Program-made: the position numbers and the translations under genes
Part shown: positions 57,600 to 64,000 of the stretch, in pieces
Numbering within the stretch: position 1 is the stretch's first letter
How the letters are laid out: each line of letters begins with the position of its first letter
Notes under the pieces: model-generated
Seen by the model: the letters and a program-made list of their open reading frames with translations, nothing else
Database searches by the model: none
Told to the model about the DNA's origin: nothing
DNA from: a virus
DNA length: 64,000 bases
Strand: one strand, 5' to 3'
IMG/VR virus record: IMGVR_UViG_3300044539_000111
Span: 50,201 to 114,200 of that record

Positions 57600-58592
57600 T
57601 TACTTACTCCAAACATCTTCAATCTTAGCCATCAAAAGATCCAACATGTCTTCATTAGTTGGATTTTTCAAATACTCTAAGATGTCAGATACATTTCTAC
57701 CAAGCATCACATTTTGTGAAGCTTCATGCAACATACCATCAGGTTTTACAATAATGTACTTGTAGAAACTTGCATCTTTGATAATCGCTTTAATTTTCAA
57801 ATCTTCAATGCTCATCTCTGAACTTTCAATGAATGTTGTAGCACAACGCTTCAAATTATTGTCAAACCCTTTACCATTAATATAAGTATCTAAATTGTTA
57901 TAGATAACGCCTGGTAATGTTTTGTTTGAATACTGAGGACTGTTTCCATCAATATTTTTAGCAATGTAAAACAATTTTCTTGGGTTATCCTCAGACAATT
58001 GTTCTAGTATAGCACCTGCTTTGTTTTTCAACTTAGTAATGCTCACACTTGTTGCTACAGTATCTATCAATCTATCAAGATACCATTTAGCTTTAGATCT
58101 TTTTGCTTCCTCAAAGTTTGAGGCAACTAATGAAAATCCTCCACTTTCAATAGCTTTAACAAGAATGAGATGGTCCAAATTTTCTTTTGGATCTAAAACA
58201 ATATCATCATTGCCTAGTTTCAAAAATACTTTTCCCCAAATGTCTGAATTACTTGGTGTAAATAATTCAACCTTACTCCAAAAATCTTTATCCTCTGGAT
58301 CAATTTGGTTAAATGCTCTTTCTCTTTCAAGTAAAGCAATTGTTTCTCTGATGTCTTTAATTACAGCAGATTTTTTTGCGGAGTCTTTAATTTGTTTCAC
58401 CTCTGGTGCAAACTCATTAAGACCTGTCAAATAACGCATTTTGCCATTTTGCTCAACGGCAGCAAGAGATTCTACTTGGAACGTATTAGGAAATACAACA
58501 TAATTATATTTCTCAAGTCCCATGTTCTCTTGATTTGGATCTGTGAAAGGTTTGATTGTTACCTTTCCCATGTGTTCTAATTTTGTACTCAT
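57600..58592 (-). CDS. Conserved crAss-like protein downstream of the MCP (330 aa; crAssphage 'gene 75'-like)
   Basis: 'YLTGLNE…KDFWS…LDPKENLDHL…LEYLKNPTNED' motifs and conserved position after the MCP. Confidence 0.65.
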   Translation of the reverse strand: MSTKLEHMGKVTIKPFTDPNQENMGLEKYNYVVFPNTFQVESLAAVEQNGKMRYLTGLNEFAPEVKQIKDSAKKSAVIKDIRETIALLERERAFNQIDPEDKDFWSKVELFTPSNSDIWGKVFLKLGNDDIVLDPKENLDHLILVKAIESGGFSLVASNFEEAKRSKAKWYLDRLIDTVATSVSITKLKNKAGAILEQLSEDNPRKLFYIAKNIDGNSPQYSNKTLPGVIYNNLDTYINGKGFDNNLKRCATTFIESSEMSIEDLKIKAIIKDASFYKYIIVKPDGMLHEASQNVMLGRNVSDILEYLKNPTNEDMLDLLMAKIEDVWSK

Positions 58593-58621
58593 TTTTTGGT
58601 TGGTTTAATATTAATGACTGA

Positions 58622-58629
58622 CAAATATA
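58622..58629 (-). promoter_or_regulatory. Promoter-like element TATATTTG
   Basis: Matches the Bacteroidota -7 consensus TAnnTTTG and contains the TATATT core. Lies just after a terminator and about 30 nt before ATG 58592. Confidence 0.5.
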
Positions 58630-58631
58630 AT

Positions 58632-58661
58632 AAAAAGAGGCAGACGCATAGCGGCCACCTC
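58632..58661 (-). terminator. Rho-independent terminator
   Basis: GAGGUGGCCGC-UAU-GCGUCUGCCUC (one mismatch, G-U pairs) followed by UUUUU. Confidence 0.75.
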
Positions 58662-58672
58662 AATTTACCTTT

Positions 58673-58930
58673 CTAGGATAATGATGCAATTAAAGCATTT
58701 ATTTTTGCTGTAATAGCTGCAAGTTTTGTGTTAACATCTGCTTGAAGACCAAGAACAGTTGTTTGACTAATGTTTGTGTATGCTGGTAATGCACCAACAG
58801 CAGCAACATCTGCTTTCATTAAACGAACTGCTTCATTGATATGAGCAATACGAGCTAATGCTGATTCCGCATAAGCTGATCTTTGTAATACTGGATCTGG
58901 GCTAGATACCCCAACTTTGATTGTTGACAT
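58673..58930 (-). CDS. Small putative capsid-associated protein (85 aa)
   Basis: Directly follows the MCP, bracketed by hairpins. Helical/coiled-coil C-terminus. Confidence 0.55.
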   Translation of the reverse strand: MSTIKVGVSSPDPVLQRSAYAESALARIAHINEAVRLMKADVAAVGALPAYTNISQTTVLGLQADVNTKLAAITAKINALIASLS

Positions 58931-58943
58931 GATTTTAAAGTTT

Positions 58944-58971
58944 AAAAGGGAGCCAAACTAATGACTCCCTT
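58944..58971 (-). terminator. Hairpin / leaky terminator after the MCP gene
   Basis: AAGGGAGUCA-UUAGUU-UGGCUCCCUU followed by only a short U run. Confidence 0.65.
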
Positions 58972-58986
58972 GTTAATAAAATATGA

Positions 58987-60603
58987 TTATAATGAACCTC
59001 CCGTGATTGGGTTTCTCATAACAATTTTCAACACTTTAGTAGGATCTTCTACTTTGATTGCAGGCATTGCCTGAGTCATGTAAACTTGGTATCCGTTGAA
59101 GTTACCTGAAGAAGCAAACCCTTGAGTTCTTCCCATGTAATCCATAGAACCATTTACATATCTCCAAACAAGATCTTTGTTCCAAGCACATTTCAACAAT
59201 TTGATATTGTCTTGACCGTTCTCAGTAATATCAAAGATGATAAATGAGTAAGAAGACAAACGGAAACCATCAATGATTGGGTTTTCAATCTCGTTATTTT
59301 GCAAGTTGTCAAACGCAGGGTTTAAAACAAACTTCACATTTGCCAAGAAAGGAATTGTGTAGCTTGTGAAAGAGAAACCGTAAGACAAGTCCATTCCTGA
59401 ACCTTTTACTGCTTCCAATTCTTTTGCGTTCATTACCAATCCTGATGCAAAAGCCTCACGCTTGATTGCTTCATTGATAATACGCATACCACCCATTCCA
59501 GTTTGAACAATCAATTCACGCTTTGGATCTGGTCCTTGGAAATCAACTTTACCATTGTAGAAGTTGAAAATCTCAGAACGGAAGATGTCAAGACGGAAAT
59601 CAGATTTGTTGTAAACATGCTTGTAAGACAAGTCTAATTGTTTCCACAAACCAACTGACAAACGAAGATCATCTGGACCATCTTGCTTGATACGTCCACC
59701 TTTACCCCACATAAGGTATGTTTCAATATCATAAGCAATTTTAGAAAGGTGAGCTGCTTCCAACTTAGTGATGAAAGAACGAACCAAGTTTCCATTGTCC
59801 ATTGCTTTTTTCACATAACCTTGTCCTTTAGCAGCAACCATTCCTTCCAATGTATTGATAGATGGATCCATTGACGTATCAAAGTTTTTCCAAATTTCAG
59901 TTACAGGAATTGAACCGTCAGCTTGCATACCACCTTTCTCCATCAACTTCACTTTAGATGAAATTGTATAGTGAATATGTGCATCTGCATTACCAACATA
60001 GTTGTAGAACTCACGAGTTGTGTGAGTCATAGAAAGATCTGAGTAACGCTCACCGTACTCACCACGCGCAGAACCTACACGGAAGAAGTAAGTGTTGTTT
60101 GTCAAGAAACGGTTATCAAACGTTGCAGCTGAATCATTGTTCGGCATTTGCACTGTGTAGATATAACCATCACCCATGTCTAAGATGTCCTCATCTGTAA
60201 CATAAAGTTCTTTTCCATTGAATTTGTCATAAGTGATGATGTCACCATGTCCAAATACACGCTTGTTCAATTTAATCTTGAACGGAGTGCCATCTACACC
60301 TTTGATAGTGTTTGACGGATCAAGATCTTCCATTATGAAAGGAAGTTCTTCAGATACAGGTGTTGACCACTTGTATTCACCTCTTGGGTGGTTTACCTCA
60401 ATAACATTCTTTCCGCTAAAAGAAGACATTTGATACAAAGGCATCTCCAACTTTTTAACTTGCGCCCAAAGTTCAATTGGTCCCAAATCATCTGGTTGTG
60501 CGTCTTTCATCAAATTCATCAAGTGGTAAGAATCCACATGAGAGCTTGCTGTGTAATAGTTGTCCCGAAGGAACATCCCATTATTTAAAACTGGTGTACT
60601 CAT
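58987..60603 (-). CDS. Major capsid protein (crAss-like, HK97 fold; 538 aa)
   Basis: Gene order portal-scaffold-MCP. Motifs 'GSARGEYGERYS', 'ETYLMWGKGG', 'GLWKQL', 'VQTGMGG', 'FVLNPAFDN' and 'IKVEDPTK'. Elevated C-ending codon use is consistent with high expression. Confidence 0.9.
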   Translation of the reverse strand: MSTPVLNNGMFLRDNYYTASSHVDSYHLMNLMKDAQPDDLGPIELWAQVKKLEMPLYQMSSFSGKNVIEVNHPRGEYKWSTPVSEELPFIMEDLDPSNTIKGVDGTPFKIKLNKRVFGHGDIITYDKFNGKELYVTDEDILDMGDGYIYTVQMPNNDSAATFDNRFLTNNTYFFRVGSARGEYGERYSDLSMTHTTREFYNYVGNADAHIHYTISSKVKLMEKGGMQADGSIPVTEIWKNFDTSMDPSINTLEGMVAAKGQGYVKKAMDNGNLVRSFITKLEAAHLSKIAYDIETYLMWGKGGRIKQDGPDDLRLSVGLWKQLDLSYKHVYNKSDFRLDIFRSEIFNFYNGKVDFQGPDPKRELIVQTGMGGMRIINEAIKREAFASGLVMNAKELEAVKGSGMDLSYGFSFTSYTIPFLANVKFVLNPAFDNLQNNEIENPIIDGFRLSSYSFIIFDITENGQDNIKLLKCAWNKDLVWRYVNGSMDYMGRTQGFASSGNFNGYQVYMTQAMPAIKVEDPTKVLKIVMRNPITGGSL

Positions 60604-60633
60604 TTTTATATTTGTTTATTGTTTACTATTTAA

Positions 60634-61914
60634 TTATCTAGAAAATAGTGACTTACCTTGCCTTTTAATTGGCTCTCTTTTGGAAGACACTCTGCTAGCA
60701 TTTGTGTTTTGTTCCCCGATTCCGGTTGATGATGTATTTCTTGAAGCCTCTTCTGTTCTTAAAGCTCTCACCGTATTTGAATTTGCTACATTAGCACCAA
60801 GTTGTTTTACTGAGTTACGGTAGTTAACCGGATCAGCAAGCAACCATAATGCTTCAGCTACTAATGACGGATTTGCCTTCTCCCCAAACTGATGTTGCTC
60901 TAGCAAGTATCCTAATGCATTTGTAGCATTACCTTTTGCATCTTGATACTTAGTAGCATCTGTAAGACCATAGTACAACATGGTTTGAACTTTGTTGTTC
61001 AACGGAATACCGTTTAGGTTGTTACTGTTTAAAGTATTGTAAACAACATCATGATATTTCTTTTCCATGTCATTTTTACGGGCTTGAGCTGATTGTTGAT
61101 CTTTCAATCTTTTTTCAATTACCTCAGCTTGTCTTGCATCCAATTTTGGTTTATACCTTTCAGCATATTTTTGCAAATCTCCGCGATCTTTAAGAACATT
61201 GATTTCATCTTCAACTTCTTCTACAGAACCAAAGCCCGAAAGATTTAAGTATTGTCTAGCAATACTTTCTTGGTCTTGCTCATTTGCAACATCCAAATCA
61301 AATGTTTCTTGTGCTTTAGCTAATTGACTAAATACTGATTTGATGTCTTGTCCACCATTCAATGCATAATGAATAACTGCTTGAACTTCTTCAGGCAATT
61401 GTTGAAATAATTGTACTGGAGCATTCTGAGCAACTTCGCTTGTTTGTGAATCAATGTTTGCTTGAATGAGTTCTTCAAAATCATCAACAGTATAATCAGC
61501 AAGTGCTTTTCCATCATCAAATGGTTGAAGTACACCTTTGTCAATTAATCTAGTTGCTGCTTCAATCATTGCATCTTTTGTCAAACGCGGTCTTCCGCCT
61601 TTATCCTTTTCTTCAACTTCATCAGCTGCATCACTAGGACCTCCGGTAAACTCATCATCAACAAGTGCAGACACAGCAGCTTTAGCAATTTCTGGATCTT
61701 TCAATGATTCAGTATCATCATCACCAATTTTATCTAGGAACGATATGTCAACTTTATCTGATTTTAAAACTGAATTTTTGGAATCTACAGGAGCAATAAC
61801 TGAGCTTGCTGATGGGATTCCAAGTAAATCATCCAGGTTATCAAAATCAACCTCGGCTACCGTTGTAGCAGAGTTTTGTGCAGCTGCTTGAGCTGCTTTT
61901 TCTTCTTCTGTCAT
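60634..61914 (-). CDS. Putative capsid scaffolding protein (426 aa; crAss 'gene 77'-like)
   Basis: Acidic disordered N-terminus, then 'LPEEVQAVIHYALNGG' and a helical core. Lies between the portal and MCP genes. Confidence 0.7.
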   Translation of the reverse strand: MTEEEKAAQAAAQNSATTVAEVDFDNLDDLLGIPSASSVIAPVDSKNSVLKSDKVDISFLDKIGDDDTESLKDPEIAKAAVSALVDDEFTGGPSDAADEVEEKDKGGRPRLTKDAMIEAATRLIDKGVLQPFDDGKALADYTVDDFEELIQANIDSQTSEVAQNAPVQLFQQLPEEVQAVIHYALNGGQDIKSVFSQLAKAQETFDLDVANEQDQESIARQYLNLSGFGSVEEVEDEINVLKDRGDLQKYAERYKPKLDARQAEVIEKRLKDQQSAQARKNDMEKKYHDVVYNTLNSNNLNGIPLNNKVQTMLYYGLTDATKYQDAKGNATNALGYLLEQHQFGEKANPSLVAEALWLLADPVNYRNSVKQLGANVANSNTVRALRTEEASRNTSSTGIGEQNTNASRVSSKREPIKRQGKSLFSR

Positions 61915-61943
61915 CTTTGTTGGTTTTAGTTCTGACTATAAAT

Positions 61944-61959
61944 AATATAAGCAAATTTA
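61944..61959 (-). promoter_or_regulatory. Promoter-like motif TAAATTTGCTTATATT
   Basis: About 30 nt upstream of the scaffold ATG. Contains both TAnnTTTG and TTTG-N2-TATATT. Confidence 0.5.
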
Positions 61960-61974
61960 TTCAATTGTAAACAA

Positions 61975-62036
61975 TATATGTTTAACTATTTTTGATTAGC
62001 TGAAAAGTTTTTTCCATACTATAGTTAAAACATATA
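61975..62036. repeat. Imperfect inverted repeat between the portal and scaffold genes
   Basis: tatatgtttaactat (61975-61989) pairs with atagttaaaacatata (62021-62036), with one bulged base and a 31 nt spacer. Confidence 0.7.
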
Positions 62037-62042
62037 ATTATC

Positions 62043-63992
62043 TTACTTGCTAGGTTTTTTCTGATCAAACTTGTTTTTATTTTCCTGAGCAATAGCTAAT
62101 TCAACTTGTTTGTTTCTTGATTCATTTACCATTTTTTCTCTGTCCAAGTCTAACTTTTGCTGATGAACATCTTTTTTATTAGATTCTTTTTCTCTGTTAA
62201 AGTTCATAGTATCAGCATATTGTTCAGATTCTCTAACATCTTTCAATACATCTTGGAAATCAGATTGATTATTTTTATTGACATCTTGCATAGCACCATA
62301 ACCAGCTGCTTTGATTTCTGCTTCAAGTAATCTAGCTCTACGATCTTTTTCTTTCTCTCTAGACACATGATCCATTTCCATTTGTTTTTCTTGTTGTCTA
62401 GCTTGAATTTCAGCTTCTTGTTGTTGTTGTGCAGCTTGCATTTCTTCTTTTCTTCTTTCTTCAGATTTTGTTTCAATCCCTTTAAGAATAGTATTCAATG
62501 AGCCAATTGAGTCAGATTGTATTAACTCTCCTAAATCATAAACAGAAGCACCAGTTGTATTGTTACTCATGAACACTTGTTTGAGTTGTTCAAGTGTATT
62601 TCTATTAGTAGCGTTGGTTAAACAGAATACATTTAAATCAACTAATAGTAAATCTGTACCATTGATCTCAAAGTTTGTTCTCTCATCTGGAGAAATCATT
62701 CCTTGCAATCTAACTGATGGTTTTGTTGAATGATAAAACTGTGCTAGATCTGTTCTCATTTGATGCACACGCGGCATTAAATGATCACTGTGCTGAATAA
62801 AGTAAGTTTCAGTTTGAGCATAAGAACCAGACATTGCTTGTTCAATACCTGTTGCGGTATTTATTTGTCCAAGCTGTTGTCCCATTCGTTGTGGATTTAA
62901 ACCAACAACTTCCATGGCCTGTGCTTTAAAGTAATTAGCCAATTGGATTCTAGACATCAATCTGTTTGATTGCTCAAGATTTAAAACTTGATAATGCTGA
63001 AAGTTTGTAGCACTTTCCGTATTAGCAATACTTGGATCTAATGGAAGCATTGAAAAATCCTTCATGGCTACATACGCTTTTGCAAGATTGTTTTTACCCC
63101 AGTCTTCACCCATTGAATGTTTTGGAATTGCATTCTGATCAAGTACAATTACTGAGCCTAATTCATCCACAAGAATATCTGCAATTTGATTGTTGCAAAT
63201 GTTATATCCAATTTGTGAGGGCTTTAGCAAATCAACAAATGATGTTGACTTGGTATTCCTATCTGAAAACACTCTTCCTTCAATTGGAAGTTTAGCTCCA
63301 TACATTGTTTTATCACCACGGAATTGGAATTTTAATGGTCCTGGTTTATCCCTGTCAATTCCTAAATAGATTGGATCAAAATCAGTATCAGTTTCTGTAT
63401 TGAAAATAGTTCTGTTATTTCCAATTTTTACTCCACCCCATACTTGGTTAATCCAAAACCAATCAATGTGATCACCAAAGATTAAATTATCTCCAGTTTC
63501 TTTTTTCTCAAATACTTTGTTGTAAATAGGTTTTGTAGTTACTACATAGTTCTCATCTATAATTTCTGTAATAACTGCACCATCTTCATCAATTTTAGTC
63601 AATTGACCAACGCGTCTTTGAGTTTTCCAATAAGATGTAGACACGCGCAACAATTCAACAGTATGTAAATTCCCAGCATGTTCACTTTGTCCAACAATGT
63701 AGGATACAACATCATGAGGATCATGTGCGTTTTCTACAAATGCTAAATGTCTACGCATATCTACACCAGACCTTCTGTTAGATTCATAAGTATCATCCGT
63801 ATTGTACAATGAACCGTCATTTGGAATACCATCAATCATGTGTCTAGCTGAACGTGCTGGATGTAATAGCTCAAGTGATTCTAATTGTTCAGCAGTCATC
63901 AAGTAACCATACTTATCTACAACATCTGCAATAGTAAGCATGTCAATCCATCCCGCCCAGTTACCTTGAGAAATGTAATGTACATTTCTCAA
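62043..63992 (-). CDS. Portal protein (crAss-like), 5'-truncated
   Basis: 'LRVSTSYWKTQRRVG', 'WFWINQVWGGVKIG', 'KLPIEG', 'SFVDLLKPSQIGYNI', 'GLNPQRMGQ' and a coiled-coil tail. The TTG 'start' lies inside a fold-back, so the true N-terminus is missing. Confidence 0.9.
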   Translation of the reverse strand: MRNVHYISQGNWAGWIDMLTIADVVDKYGYLMTAEQLESLELLHPARSARHMIDGIPNDGSLYNTDDTYESNRRSGVDMRRHLAFVENAHDPHDVVSYIVGQSEHAGNLHTVELLRVSTSYWKTQRRVGQLTKIDEDGAVITEIIDENYVVTTKPIYNKVFEKKETGDNLIFGDHIDWFWINQVWGGVKIGNNRTIFNTETDTDFDPIYLGIDRDKPGPLKFQFRGDKTMYGAKLPIEGRVFSDRNTKSTSFVDLLKPSQIGYNICNNQIADILVDELGSVIVLDQNAIPKHSMGEDWGKNNLAKAYVAMKDFSMLPLDPSIANTESATNFQHYQVLNLEQSNRLMSRIQLANYFKAQAMEVVGLNPQRMGQQLGQINTATGIEQAMSGSYAQTETYFIQHSDHLMPRVHQMRTDLAQFYHSTKPSVRLQGMISPDERTNFEINGTDLLLVDLNVFCLTNATNRNTLEQLKQVFMSNNTTGASVYDLGELIQSDSIGSLNTILKGIETKSEERRKEEMQAAQQQQEAEIQARQQEKQMEMDHVSREKEKDRRARLLEAEIKAAGYGAMQDVNKNNQSDFQDVLKDVRESEQYADTMNFNREKESNKKDVHQQKLDLDREKMVNESRNKQVELAIAQENKNKFDQKKPSK

Positions 63993-64000
63993 GGTAACTG
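63958..64000. repeat. Perfect 20-bp inverted repeat (fold-back) running to the window edge
   Basis: cagttaccttgagaaatgta-atg-tacatttctcaaggtaactg. Confidence 0.95.

Noticed and set aside
1890-63295. Numerous 60-140 aa plus-strand ORFs and short alternative-frame minus-strand ORFs in the track
   Set aside because: They overlap longer or tightly coupled minus-strand genes, mostly start at TTG/GTG and show shadow-type composition. There is no independent support.
84-63992. Stop-codon reassignment (TAG or TGA recoding), known in some crAss lineages
   Set aside because: Genes up to 12 kb are intact in code 11, and both TAG (e.g. 42510, 57185, 57307, 58673) and TGA (56561, 57012) end genes right before the next start or terminator.
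63958-64000. Protelomerase-type hairpin telomere
   Set aside because: It lies inside the portal gene, no protelomerase is present in the window, and crAss-like phages are not known to have such ends.
1-64000. tRNA, rRNA, CRISPR arrays, integrase, or DGR reverse transcriptase/template repeats
   Set aside because: None seen. Intergenic gaps are short, at most about 130 nt, and the larger ones are accounted for by hairpins and promoter-like motifs.

Overview
A 64 kb AT-rich segment of a crAss-like bacteriophage (order Crassvirales; host probably Bacteroidota, inferred from A-rich leaders without Shine-Dalgarno sequences). It holds the virion and virion-cargo module in standard code 11. All complete genes are on the minus strand. 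In transcription order (right to left): a 5'-truncated portal, a scaffold-like protein, the major capsid protein, a conserved crAss structural gene, six tiny genes (five Lys/Arg-rich; five not in the ORF track), a ring protein, a ferritin/Dps-like protein, another tiny basic gene, an auxiliary capsid protein, a 9 kb block of very Cys-rich, collagen- and vWA-containing fibre/hub genes, an IHF-like protein, two ring proteins, the muzzle/tail stabilisation protein, four cargo proteins, and three giant ejected proteins (3130, 4113 and 2008 aa). Each giant carries a zincin-like HExxH-type motif. The 4113 aa protein is the virion RNA polymerase (ADFDID) with a C-terminal string of accessory domains. 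The most unusual signals are: (1) a small two-hairpin non-coding element at 44690-44760 whose loop region is complementary to the leaders of two genes flanking the major capsid gene; (2) recurrent xxGG motifs shared by cargo proteins and a tiny basic peptide; (3) the unannotated protamine-like peptide cluster; (4) the Cys-rich appendage block; (5) a recurring TTTG-N0-2-TATATT promoter-like motif; (6) a perfect 20 bp fold-back at the right edge that cuts the portal gene, probably an artefact. Family assignments rest on motif recognition and synteny, not on database searches.
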